A stretch of 64,000 nt of DNA, taken from NCBI GenBank assembly GCA_964408805.1, contig CAYPAV010000022.1, forward strand, positions 17,227 to 81,226. Reading direction: 5' to 3'. Positions 9,310-18,803 of this stretch are shown one piece after another; the first letter of the stretch is position 1, and each line of letters opens with the position of its first letter. Source of the DNA: an uncultured Rhodospirillaceae bacterium. GTDB lineage: Bacteria > Pseudomonadota > Alphaproteobacteria > UBA8366. The translations under genes were made by a program, and so were the position numbers. Below the pieces are notes generated by a model. That model had not been told where the DNA came from, searched no databases, and saw only the letters and a list, made by a program, of their open reading frames with translations.

Positions 9310-10689
9310 GTGACAGGCGTGACCATCGAGCTTGCGAACTGGATCGCAGACCTTTCGGCGGCGGATGTGCCGGAAAAGACTCGCCGCGTGGTGCGTTATG
9401 CGGTGCTCGATACGCTCGCCTGCGGCATGCATGGGCGCGATACCGAATGGGCCGGGATCGCCGAGCGTTGGGCCGCGGGCGGCGGCGGACCGACGACCAT
9501 TTGGGGCGATACTGTGCCGTCGATGCGTGCCGAATTGGCCGCCTTCGTCAATGGAATCGCCTGCCACGCCTTCGAGCTCGACGATTATCATCCGAACAAG
9601 CTTCATGCGGGGGCCGTCGTCATCCCGGCCGTCCTGGCACTTGGCGAACGGCTGGACGCTTCCGGCGCGGACATGCTGGTCGCGATCGCCGCCGGCTACG
9701 AGGTCATGTGCCGGGTCGCCGGCGCGCTCGAACCCTCGACCGCGAAATCGGTCGGGTGGCACATCACCGGCATTACCGGCACCTTCGCCGCCGCCGCCGC
9801 CTCGGCCAGGCTGCTGGGTCTCGATGGCGAACGGACCGCCTGGGCGCTCGGCGTTGCGGGGACGCAGAGCAGTGGCCTTTTCGCCTTCAACGCCGACGGT
9901 GCCATGACCAAGCGCTTCCATGCGGGCGATGCCGCCCGGGCGGGCGTGGTCGCCGCCGAGCTTACCGCTGCCGGTTTCACCGGCCCCACGCAAATCTTCG
10001 AGGCCGACGACGGCGGTTTCTTGCGGGCGCATTCACCGAAAGCGGCCGCCGCGCCGCTGGTCGAAGGGCTCGGCTCCAACTGGCTGATGGATGACAATGC
10101 CTTCAAACCCTATTCCTGCTGCGGCAGCCTGCACGCCTATATTGACGCGGCCCTCGATCTTCGGACTCAATTCGGGCCGCCCGAGGGCCGGCGCGTCCGC
10201 ATGGGCCTGCCAAAGGTGGTCGAGGTGCAATGCGGCTACGACTACGAACCGGGGACGACCCTGAACGCGCAAATGAGTTCCCGCTACTGCATCGCCGCGG
10301 CGCTGCAACAGGGCCAAGTGCTGCCGCCGGAGTTCACCGCCGAGGCGATGGCGGCGCCCGAAAACGTCAATCTCGCCCAGGCGATCGAACAATCCCACGA
10401 TGCGGAACTCGATTCCGTCTATCCGGCGAATTTCTGCGGCTGGGTGGAGCTGGAGACAGCGCCGGGCAGCGGTACCTTCGAGCGGTCCTACAAACACGAC
10501 CCCTCGGGCTCCCCCGCCAATCCCGAGAAGGAGACGGCGATGGTGGAGAAGGCGCGCCGCCTCTTGGCGCCGATGCTGGCGCCGGAGCGGATCGAGGCGC
10601 TGGAGGCCGCCTGTCTTTCGCTGGAAGAAACCGATGCCGCGGGACTTATTCAGTGCCTCGCGAAACCGCACCGGGCGGCGGCGGAGTAG
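9310..10689 (+). CDS. MmgE/PrpD family protein (second, divergent paralog)
   Basis: HAFELDDYH..LHAG, KRFHAG, KPYSCCG, GSPANP; GTG start inferred at 9310. Confidence 0.88.
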   Translation: MTGVTIELANWIADLSAADVPEKTRRVVRYAVLDTLACGMHGRDTEWAGIAERWAAGGGGPTTIWGDTVPSMRAELAAFVNGIACHAFELDDYHPNKLHAGAVVIPAVLALGERLDASGADMLVAIAAGYEVMCRVAGALEPSTAKSVGWHITGITGTFAAAAASARLLGLDGERTAWALGVAGTQSSGLFAFNADGAMTKRFHAGDAARAGVVAAELTAAGFTGPTQIFEADDGGFLRAHSPKAAAAPLVEGLGSNWLMDDNAFKPYSCCGSLHAYIDAALDLRTQFGPPEGRRVRMGLPKVVEVQCGYDYEPGTTLNAQMSSRYCIAAALQQGQVLPPEFTAEAMAAPENVNLAQAIEQSHDAELDSVYPANFCGWVELETAPGSGTFERSYKHDPSGSPANPEKETAMVEKARRLLAPMLAPERIEALEAACLSLEETDAAGLIQCLAKPHRAAAE

Positions 10690-10709
10690 CCTGCCGAAGG
10701 GTGCGGCGC

Positions 10710-11378
10710 CTAGTCGACCGATAGCGCCAGAACTCGGCTGACTTCGCTTGTCGGGCGGCCGGGTTCGGCTGCCCAGGCGTTGATCGCGTCCTGCACCTCG
10801 CGCTTCGCGCGTTTTCCCTTCGGCTCGCCGTCATAGGCGCCCCATTGGTTCAGCGCCTTCACGACGTCCTTGGTCAGAACGAATGTGTCCTTGCCGACCA
10901 TGCGTAGGAAGTAGGGGCCCGACATGCCGCCCAATTGCTTGAAGCGTTTGGTCAAATCCTCCCAGAGCCCGACGATGTCGGCCGCAGGCCAGGCGGCGAG
11001 CCAGGCGCCGAAGCTTCCCTCGCTTTCGACGATATCGCAGATCGCCGCCGCGTTGTGGTGTGTCGCCCGGATCTTGCCCCAATGGCGGATGATGCGCGTC
11101 TCGCCCATCAACGCCTCCAATTCCTCGTCGTTGAGGGCGCGAACGCGCCGCGGATCGAACCCCAGGAACACCTCCTCGAAGGCCGGCCACTTCCCTTCGA
11201 CCATCGAATGCTTCAGCCCGGCGGCGAAAACGCGAAACGACATTCTCGAGAAATACCGGTCGTCTGCGACGGCCTGCAGCTCGGCCGGCGATTTCGTCTC
11301 CGGCATCAGCCCGGCGAGCGCCTCGGACCCGCCGGACCGTTTTTCGGCGATATCCAGAATCTTTTCGAACGGGGTCAT
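10710..11378 (-). CDS. DNA-3-methyladenine glycosylase I family protein
   Basis: DDRYF..VFAAGL..KWPAFEEVFLGFDP..IIRHWGKI..FKQLGG. Confidence 0.75.
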   Translation of the reverse strand: MTPFEKILDIAEKRSGGSEALAGLMPETKSPAELQAVADDRYFSRMSFRVFAAGLKHSMVEGKWPAFEEVFLGFDPRRVRALNDEELEALMGETRIIRHWGKIRATHHNAAAICDIVESEGSFGAWLAAWPAADIVGLWEDLTKRFKQLGGMSGPYFLRMVGKDTFVLTKDVVKALNQWGAYDGEPKGKRAKREVQDAINAWAAEPGRPTSEVSRVLALSVD

Positions 11379-11552
11379 CCCTGGGTCACTCCGGCGCGGA
11401 AGCGGTTCGCCTCCTGGTTCAAGCCCACGCCCTTACTCACCAATTCCGCGGCTGCCGTCAAGAGCCGGAAGTCTCGGTGGCAAGAAACCCGGCCCCGCTC
11501 TCGCGCGGCGGCGGAGTATATGTTTTAGGTTTGGGAAGACACAAAAATCGAA

Positions 11553-11578
11553 GTCATTCCCGCTTTTGCGGGAATGAC
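11553..11578. repeat. Perfect 11-bp inverted repeat (REP-like hairpin or terminator)
   Basis: GTCATTCCCGC-TTTT-GCGGGAATGAC, about 20 bp downstream of the ADH stop. Confidence 0.7.
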
Positions 11579-11597
11579 GGGATCGGCGGTTAGGTGT

Positions 11598-12728
11598 CTA
11601 AATCCCGTGCGGCCGCAGGATCTGCCGCACCGCTTCGCCCTTGGCCAGGCGGTCGAAGCCGGCGTTCAGGCCGTCGAAATCGACGAAGCCGCTGCGGAGG
11701 CGATCAACCGGCAGTTTGCCTTGCCGGTAGAGCGAGAGGAAGCGCGGGATGTCGCGGCGAGGCACGCAGCTACCCATGTAGCTGCCCTTGATGGTGCGGT
11801 TGTCGCTGACCATCTGGGCGATCGGGATGTCGAGCGTCGCCTCGGGGCGAGGCAGGCCGGCGGTGACCACGGTGCCGCCGCGCCGGCACATCGCATATGC
11901 GGTCTCGAGCGCTTTGGGCACGCCGGCCAGCTCGATCGCGAAGTCGACCCCGCCGCCGGTAATTTCCTTGATCTGGTCGACGCAGTCCGGATCACCGGAA
12001 TTGACCGTGTCGGTCGCGCCCAATTGCCGCGCGAAGGCGAGCTTGTCATCCAGCACGTCGACCGCGATCACGCGCTCCGCGCCCGAGAGAATGGTCGCGA
12101 ACATCGCATTCAAGCCGGCCCCGCCGAGGCCCAACACCGCGACCTTGGCGCCCGGCGGTACTTGCGCCGTGTTGACGACGGCACCCACGCCGGTGATCAC
12201 CGCGCAGCCGAAGAGGGCCGCGTCCTCAAGCGGGATGTCGTCCTCGATTCGGATCACCGAGCCTTCCGCCAAGACGGCATATTCCGCATAGCACGAAACC
12301 CCGGAGGTATGGTTGATGACCTCGCCGCCGAGCCGAATCTTGTGGTTTCCGGTGATCAGGTGGCCGTCGCTCCGGGCCTCGTAGGCGGTTTCGCAGAGAT
12401 AGGGTTCGGCCCGGTCGCAGGCGGGGCAGGTGCCGCAGTTCGGCACGAAGAACAGGATCGCATGATCGCCCGCCTTGACCCGCGTCACTCCCTCGCCGAC
12501 TTCCTCGACGATGCCGGCCGCTTCGTGGCCGGGCACGTAGGGCATCTTCCGGGGGCGGACCCCCTCGATCGCCGAGAGATCGGAATGACAGAGCCCCGCC
12601 GCCAGCACCTTGACCAGCACCTCGCCTGGGCCGGGCGAGTCGAGATCGACCTCCTCGACCTTGACGGGCCGGGTGTCGGTGAAGGGGTGGTCGGCGTTCT
12701 CGTAGACGACGGCGGCTTTCATTTTCAT
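11598..12728 (-). CDS. Zinc-dependent alcohol dehydrogenase (class III-like)
   Basis: GLCHSD, PGHEAAG, structural Zn site CGTCPAC..C, FGCAVITGVG, GLGGAG. Confidence 0.9.
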   Translation of the reverse strand: MKMKAAVVYENADHPFTDTRPVKVEEVDLDSPGPGEVLVKVLAAGLCHSDLSAIEGVRPRKMPYVPGHEAAGIVEEVGEGVTRVKAGDHAILFFVPNCGTCPACDRAEPYLCETAYEARSDGHLITGNHKIRLGGEVINHTSGVSCYAEYAVLAEGSVIRIEDDIPLEDAALFGCAVITGVGAVVNTAQVPPGAKVAVLGLGGAGLNAMFATILSGAERVIAVDVLDDKLAFARQLGATDTVNSGDPDCVDQIKEITGGGVDFAIELAGVPKALETAYAMCRRGGTVVTAGLPRPEATLDIPIAQMVSDNRTIKGSYMGSCVPRRDIPRFLSLYRQGKLPVDRLRSGFVDFDGLNAGFDRLAKGEAVRQILRPHGI

Positions 12729-12777
12729 AGACGTTCTCCGGCTGGGCGACTGTCAATGATATGTGGACCACCCGGCC

Positions 12778-13425
12778 TCAGGTCCAGCGCGCCTCGTCCT
12801 TGGTGTCCTCTGCGGTCAGGAGCGTGGTCGTATAGACCGCCGTCCAGTCACAGAGATCGTAGCGCCGGCTGAGCTGTCGGCGGACCTCCGCCTCCGCGTC
12901 CCCTTGCGGCAGTTTCGAGCGTTCCCACATCGCGAGGTCGGGACGGCGGGTCACCAGAAGGGCGCGGATCGTCTCCTCGTCGCCGGTAATCCGCCAGAGC
13001 CCGATGACCTGGGAATCGTAGGCGCTCTCGAAGCCGGGCCAGGCGGCGGTGCAAAGGTCGAGGAATTCCGGAAAGTTCCCGTCCGGCACCTCGAACCAGC
13101 GGAACGCGTAGTTGCCCTGCCGGCGCGGCGGCTCGGCCGCCTCGGGGCGAAGGGTTGGCGTCATGACGTCGAGCTCGGCCGCGCGGACCGCGTCCATTTC
13201 GTCATGCAGAAGATCGGCGTAGCGAAGTGCTGCTTCCGTTCCGGGCCAGACCGTGATCGCGGTCACGGTGTCGCGGGGCAGACCGATCTGACTCCGCCAG
13301 AGTCCGTAAAGCCGGCCATCCTGTGTGGCGATCCGCGCGGCGCCGTCCTTTGCCATGGCTTCGGCGGCGCTCTCCCAAGCACGGGGGGCGCAGTTGATGC
13401 GGTGATGGACGTAGGTTTCGGTCAT
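12778..13425 (-). CDS. Hypothetical protein, possibly a tandem NIPSNAP-like alpha/beta barrel
   Basis: Two similar halves (RLYGLWR / QVIGLWR); operonic with the SDR and ADH; ATG at 13425 after GAGGA. Confidence 0.5.
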   Translation of the reverse strand: MTETYVHHRINCAPRAWESAAEAMAKDGAARIATQDGRLYGLWRSQIGLPRDTVTAITVWPGTEAALRYADLLHDEMDAVRAAELDVMTPTLRPEAAEPPRRQGNYAFRWFEVPDGNFPEFLDLCTAAWPGFESAYDSQVIGLWRITGDEETIRALLVTRRPDLAMWERSKLPQGDAEAEVRRQLSRRYDLCDWTAVYTTTLLTAEDTKDEARWT

Positions 13426-13432
13426 GACTTCC

Positions 13433-14188
13433 TCACGCAATCGATACGTACCAGGCGCCATTCACATGGATCGTCTGACCCGATGTGTAGCGCCCGTCCG
13501 GCCCCGCGAGGAGCCGCACCATCGCCGAAATCTCGTGCGGTTCGCCCGACCGGCCGAGCGGGATCGGGTGTTCTTGAAAATGCGCCGACATCTCTTTGCG
13601 GTCGTGATGGGCGATGTGTCCCGGGGCCACGCAATTGACGGTGATGCCCTGGGGCGCGAGCTCGATCGCCAAGGCGCTGGTCATGCCGGAAAGTCCGGCC
13701 TTCGCGGTCGCGACGGCGACGCGGTTGGCGACCCCGGCCTGGCCCGAAACACCGCCGATATTGACGATCGCGCCTGCGCCATTGGCCGAAAGATGCGGGA
13801 TCGCCGCCTTGGAGAGGAGAAAGGCGGAGTCGAGCGTGCTTTGAAGGACGCCCCGCCAATCGGCGAAATCCGTCTCGGTGATCGGCTGGGCGATCCGATG
13901 GGCGACGTTGTTGACCAGGATATCGAGTCTTCCGAAGGCCGAGAGCGCGGCGTCGACCAACCCAGCCGCGCCATCCGGATCGGAGACGTCCGCCATATGC
14001 TTGATCGCCCGCCCGCCCGCGGCTTCGACCTCGGCCACGACCCGGTCGGCGGCGTCCTCGGAGTGGCGCGCATTGATCACGACGCCGGCGCCGGCTTCAC
14101 CAAGCGACAGCGCCACCGCGCGGCCGATCCCGCGAACACTGCCGGTGACGATGGCCGCTTGGCCCTCGATCTCACGTTTCTCGGACAT
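13433..14188 (-). CDS. SDR family oxidoreductase
   Basis: TGSVRGIG, GRLDILVNN, NCVAPG; the YxxxK motif reads VATAK (Tyr absent); ATG at 14188. Confidence 0.85.
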   Translation of the reverse strand: MSEKREIEGQAAIVTGSVRGIGRAVALSLGEAGAGVVINARHSEDAADRVVAEVEAAGGRAIKHMADVSDPDGAAGLVDAALSAFGRLDILVNNVAHRIAQPITETDFADWRGVLQSTLDSAFLLSKAAIPHLSANGAGAIVNIGGVSGQAGVANRVAVATAKAGLSGMTSALAIELAPQGITVNCVAPGHIAHHDRKEMSAHFQEHPIPLGRSGEPHEISAMVRLLAGPDGRYTSGQTIHVNGAWYVSIA

Positions 14189-14367
14189 GGCGTCTTCTCT
14201 CCCGAATGGTTCGATGCCCGCAAGGTGTCTGGTCGTGAATCCAATGGATTGGGGTGGGCGAGGCAAGGGTTTTGTGGGCGGCTCGGCAATTCCGATTGAC
14301 TCGATCTCGCTTCGCTTGCGAAGTTGATTCCGAAAGACCACCACCCGACCGGAGAGGGGCCCCGCCG

Positions 14368-15615
14368 ATGCTTGCCAATACGGACACAGCGCTTCCCGAC
14401 CTCGACTGGCCCGAAGGCGTCACCAGCCGTGTTCCCTTTCGCGTCTATGACGACCGGGAAATCCATGCCGCCGAACAGGCGCGGGTCTTCCAGGGACCGA
14501 CCTGGCAGTTTCTCTGTCTCGCGAGCGAAGTGCCGGAGGTCGGCGACTACAAGACAACCCATATCGGCGAGACGCCCGTCATCGTCACCCGAAGCGAGGA
14601 CGGCGAACTGAACGCCATGGAGAACCGCTGCGTCCACAAGGGGGCCCTCGTCTGCCTGAACGACCGGGGCAATGTGCGCGAGCTGACCTGCGTCTATCAC
14701 AACTGGCTCTATTCGCTGAAAGGCGAGCTTCGGAGTGTCGCCTTCCAGAAGGGGGTCAAGGGCCTCGGCGGCATGCCCGAGGATTTCGAGCTGGGAGAAC
14801 ATCGCCTGCGGCCGCTTCGGGTCGCCGAGCTGGCGGGACTGGTGTTCGGTACCTTCTCGGCGGAGGCGCTGCCGGTCGAGGATTTCATTGGTCCCGAGAT
14901 CGTCCAGCGCCTGCGGCGCGTCCTTAACCGGCCGCCGCGGATCCTCGGCTATCATTCGCAATATCTGAACAACAATTGGAAGCTCTACGTCGAGAACGTG
15001 AAGGACACCTATCACGCGGGGCTGCTGCACCTTTTCTTCGCCACCTTCCGGCTCAACCGTCTTGCCTCCGAGGGCGGCGTCCTGATCTCCGAGGACGGCG
15101 GCAACCATGCCAGCTATTCGCGGCGGCGCACCATCCATGCCAACGCCGAATACGACCAGTCGCTGCTTCGCGCCAGCCGCCAGGACTACAAGCTGGCCGA
15201 TCCCTCGCTGCTCGATTCATTCGACGAGTTCGGCGACGGCATCAACGTCCAGATCCTGTCGGTCTTCCCCAATTTCATTCTGCAGCAGGTCGAGAACAGC
15301 ATTGCCCTCCGCCAGGTCCTGCCGAAAGGCACCGGCGAGACGGAGCTGAACTGGACCGTGCTCGGCTTCGAGGACGATGACGAGGCGACGACGCGGATGC
15401 GTTTGAAGCAAGCCAACCTGATCGGGCCGGCGGGCTTTATCTCGATGGAGGACGGGGCCGTCGGCGGCTTCGTCCAGCGTGCCATCACCGGGGCGTTGGA
15501 CGATACCTCGATGATGGAAATGGGCGGACGCGACCATACCTCCGACAACACCCGGACGACCGAGGCATCGGTGCGCGGGTTCTGGAACGCCTATCGCCAG
15601 CACATGCGAATTTGA
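14368..15615 (+). CDS. Rieske aromatic ring-hydroxylating oxygenase alpha subunit (AndAc/NagG/TphA2-like class)
   Basis: Rieske NRCVHKG..CVYHNW; Fe site ENVKDTYHAGLLH; GPAGFISMEDG. Confidence 0.9.
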   Translation: MLANTDTALPDLDWPEGVTSRVPFRVYDDREIHAAEQARVFQGPTWQFLCLASEVPEVGDYKTTHIGETPVIVTRSEDGELNAMENRCVHKGALVCLNDRGNVRELTCVYHNWLYSLKGELRSVAFQKGVKGLGGMPEDFELGEHRLRPLRVAELAGLVFGTFSAEALPVEDFIGPEIVQRLRRVLNRPPRILGYHSQYLNNNWKLYVENVKDTYHAGLLHLFFATFRLNRLASEGGVLISEDGGNHASYSRRRTIHANAEYDQSLLRASRQDYKLADPSLLDSFDEFGDGINVQILSVFPNFILQQVENSIALRQVLPKGTGETELNWTVLGFEDDDEATTRMRLKQANLIGPAGFISMEDGAVGGFVQRAITGALDDTSMMEMGGRDHTSDNTRTTEASVRGFWNAYRQHMRI

Positions 15616-15631
15616 CGGGGCGGCGGGACCA

Positions 15632-16102
15632 ATGGATATCGAACGCCAGCTTCGCGTCGAGAACCTGCTCGCGCGCTACGCGGATTGTCTCGATCAGGGC
15701 CGCTTCGAGGAATGGCCCGGTTTCTTTACCGAAGCTTGCCTCTACAAGATCATCTCGGCCGAGAACCACGAGCGCGGCCTGCCGCTCGGCGTGATCGATT
15801 GCGACAATCGCGCCATGCTGGAGGACCGGGTCATGGCGCTCCGTGACGCCAATATCTACGAGGAGCACCGCTATCGCCATATCCTCTCGACGACCCTGAT
15901 CACCGGCGCCGACGATGACGGGATCCAGGCCGAGACGGGCTATCTCGTGATGCGGATCATGCGCGACGGCGAGACCATGCCCTTCAGCACCGGCCGCTAC
16001 CTCGACCGCATCGTCGAGCGGGACGGCGAGCTCTGCTTCGAGGCGCGTCTGGTGGTGTTCGACAGCAAGCGGATCGACACATTGCTGGTCTTCCCAATCT
16101 GA
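15632..16102 (+). CDS. Ring-hydroxylating oxygenase beta subunit
   Basis: YADCLD..EEWPGFF..LEDRV..RYRHI..TGRYLD; directly follows the alpha subunit. Confidence 0.9.
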   Translation: MDIERQLRVENLLARYADCLDQGRFEEWPGFFTEACLYKIISAENHERGLPLGVIDCDNRAMLEDRVMALRDANIYEEHRYRHILSTTLITGADDDGIQAETGYLVMRIMRDGETMPFSTGRYLDRIVERDGELCFEARLVVFDSKRIDTLLVFPI

Positions 16103-16200
16103 GAGCGGTCTTGGCGCCGGCCGCAGCAATCCGACCCTGGACGGTCGACCGTCCCGTACCAATTGGATTTATCCGACGGATAGCGAGCGGGAAATGCGAA

Positions 16201-17685
16201 ATGGCGGATTATGACGTGATCGTGGTCGGGGCGGGAAGTGCCGCGCTCTCGGCGGCCGTCTCCGCGCGTGAGAACGGGGCCGGCAAGGTCCTGGTGCTGG
16301 AGAAGGCGGACCGAGCGAACCGGGGCGGCAATACCCATTTCAGCGGCGGCATCATGCGCTTCGCCTTCGACGACCCGAGGGACATCGCCCCCCTCCTGCC
16401 GGGCGTCGAAGAGAAATATCTGAACTTCTTCGAAGGCGTTCAGCCCTATACGGCGGCCGATATGAAGGGCGACCTGATGCGGGTCACGCGCGGGCGCACC
16501 GACCCGGAACTTTCCGACTATCTGATCGGTCATTCGAAAGACGTGGTCTTCTGGGCGAACCAGCATGGCGGCATCCCGATGGAGCCCGCCGGCACCATCG
16601 CCGGGGTGGAGAAGAACGGTGTAATTTATTGGCCGAAGGGGGCCATTGTCCGGGCCGAGCATGAGGGGGTCGGCCTCTCGGCCGGCTGGTTCAAATGCGC
16701 CGAGCGGGAAGGCGTCGAGATCCGCTACGAGACCGGTGCAATGAAGCTGCTGCAGGACCGGCAGGGGCGTGTCTCGGGCGTCGAGACCCGAAGCCCCGCC
16801 GGGCTGGAGGAGATCACAGCCGAGGCGGTCATCCTCGCCTGCGGCGGGTTCGAGGCCAATGCCCAATGGCGTGCGCGCTATCTCGGCGGCCCCTGGGGTC
16901 ATGCGAAGGTCCGCGGCACCCGCCACAACCAGGGCGACGGCCACCGCATGGCCTTTGACGTCGGGGCGCTCGCGGTCGGCCATTGGGGCGGCTGCCATGC
17001 CACACCCATCGCCGCCGAATGGGGCGATTTCGCCGACCGGCGCCTGACCGACAAGTCGAACCGGCTGACCTATCTCTATGGCGTGATGATCAACCGCCTC
17101 GGCCGCCGCTTCGTCGACGAAGGCGAGGACACCCAGTTCTACACCTACGCCAAGTTTGGCGGCGAGATCCTGCATCAGCCGGGCGGCATCGCTTGGCAGA
17201 TCTTCGACCAGAAGACCGTGCACCTGCTGGAACCCCGCTACGAGACCACCGACCCGGTGATGGCCGACACCCTGGCCGGGCTGCTCGAGCAGCTCGACGT
17301 CGAAGACAAGGCGACCGCCCTGCAAACGCTGGAGGATTACAACGCCGCCTGCGGGGACGAATCCGCCTTCGATCCGACCGGGAAGGACGGCCTCTCGACC
17401 TCGGGCCTGGAGATCGAGAAGACCAACTGGGCGACCCGTCTCGACCAGCCGCCCTTCGTCGCCTATTCCGCAACCGGCGGCATCACCTTCACTTTCGGTG
17501 GCCTCAAGATCGACACAGATGCCCGCGTGATCGCCACCGACTGGCGCCCGATCGAGGGCCTCTATGCCTGCGGCGAACTGGTCGGCGACATTTTCCACTA
17601 CAACTATCCCGGCGGCACCGGCCTGGTCTCGGGCATGGTCTTCGGCCGCACCGCCGGACGGAACGCGGCGGGGTTTGGGGGGTAG
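16201..17685 (+). CDS. FAD-dependent tricarballylate dehydrogenase TcuA/CobZ-like flavoprotein
   Basis: DVIVVGAGSAA, RGGNTHFSGG, LACGGFEAN, GITFTFGG, NYPGGTGL. Confidence 0.85.
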   Translation: MADYDVIVVGAGSAALSAAVSARENGAGKVLVLEKADRANRGGNTHFSGGIMRFAFDDPRDIAPLLPGVEEKYLNFFEGVQPYTAADMKGDLMRVTRGRTDPELSDYLIGHSKDVVFWANQHGGIPMEPAGTIAGVEKNGVIYWPKGAIVRAEHEGVGLSAGWFKCAEREGVEIRYETGAMKLLQDRQGRVSGVETRSPAGLEEITAEAVILACGGFEANAQWRARYLGGPWGHAKVRGTRHNQGDGHRMAFDVGALAVGHWGGCHATPIAAEWGDFADRRLTDKSNRLTYLYGVMINRLGRRFVDEGEDTQFYTYAKFGGEILHQPGGIAWQIFDQKTVHLLEPRYETTDPVMADTLAGLLEQLDVEDKATALQTLEDYNAACGDESAFDPTGKDGLSTSGLEIEKTNWATRLDQPPFVAYSATGGITFTFGGLKIDTDARVIATDWRPIEGLYACGELVGDIFHYNYPGGTGLVSGMVFGRTAGRNAAGFGG

Positions 17686-17780
17686 TTGGTTGGGATTTGT
17701 CCGCAATTTTGTTTGCGCGAGGGTATTCTCGTTTCGCATCCTCAACGTGGCATAATTCGTTGATGAATGGAGCCGGCACG

Positions 17781-18785
17781 ATGTTTCGTCACTCGCTTGC
17801 TGTTTCCGGCGTTTTTCTGGGTGTGGCGTGTTGGTTCGGCGCCGAAAAACCTGTCGTTGCCAACAATTTACCCGCGGCCTCGGTTGAAGCATCCGGCACC
17901 GATCTCTCATTGCCCACGCTGGAGTCGGCATGGCGTCTCGCCGAGCGGAGAGGCAGGGAGGGGAGGCGGAGAAAATCGGGCGATGGCGAAGATGATAATT
18001 CCACTGCGTCGTCTCCTTGCGCGGCCTGCGAGGAACTCGAAGGGTTCGTGCCGCCGAGCGTCATATCGGACGATGTCTTTACGATGGCGGGAAAGATCCG
18101 CAGGGGTGATAAGGCGGCGGCCGTTGAAATTCAGCGTGCCCGGGGCGCCATCGAGACGGGACTCCAGCCGGACTTCATCGGCGGCGCCGATTGTCCGGAA
18201 ATCGACAGCGAGAAATGGGCGATCGATTATTCACATAAACGCCCGTGGCCGGCGCTTCACAAAGGGATCGACATTCCCCAACCCAGAGGCACGCCGATTC
18301 GCGCCGTTGCCGCCGGTACGGTCGTGGGAAAATTCATGAATGAAGGGAACCGCAAGGGTATCGAGGTGATGCTCCGGCACACGCCCGAACAGACCGGCCT
18401 GCCGTTCCATACCTACTCTCAATATACGCATTTGCGGGAGATGTCCCCCTTACCCATCGGCGCCCGCGTCGAAATGGGGCGGGAGCTCGGCAGGACGAGC
18501 AATACCGGAAAGATGGGACGCCGCACTCGCCGCGACGCCCTGCATTTTGCAATTCTTTATAGCCGGCACGCCGAGTGGTCCAACGATGGAAGATTGGTTG
18601 TGCCCATGGACGGCTATTGGATGGACCCAAATGCGTTCTATCGGCTTGAAGGGCCCCATGATTCGCGCGCCATGGCCGCGCTGCCGCGCGGTGAAAAGCG
18701 CGTGGCCGTTCCGTATATGCAAGCCGACGGGTCCTTCGTGCCGGCCGACACCCAACGCATCTGGCCTTATCCTTGCGACCTTTGA
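17781..18785 (+). CDS. M23-family peptidase-like exported protein
   Basis: Hydrophobic N-terminus; HKGIDI..GTPIRAVAAG..YTHL..LHF; start at 17763 or 17781. Confidence 0.7.
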   Translation: MFRHSLAVSGVFLGVACWFGAEKPVVANNLPAASVEASGTDLSLPTLESAWRLAERRGREGRRRKSGDGEDDNSTASSPCAACEELEGFVPPSVISDDVFTMAGKIRRGDKAAAVEIQRARGAIETGLQPDFIGGADCPEIDSEKWAIDYSHKRPWPALHKGIDIPQPRGTPIRAVAAGTVVGKFMNEGNRKGIEVMLRHTPEQTGLPFHTYSQYTHLREMSPLPIGARVEMGRELGRTSNTGKMGRRTRRDALHFAILYSRHAEWSNDGRLVVPMDGYWMDPNAFYRLEGPHDSRAMAALPRGEKRVAVPYMQADGSFVPADTQRIWPYPCDL

Positions 18786-18803
18786 GTTAAATCGTATTCG
18801 GCG

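Noticed and set aside
11379-11552. Structured-looking intergenic region as a tRNA or ncRNA
   Set aside because: No cloverleaf, no properly placed T-loop/D-loop consensus and no recognisable riboswitch motif
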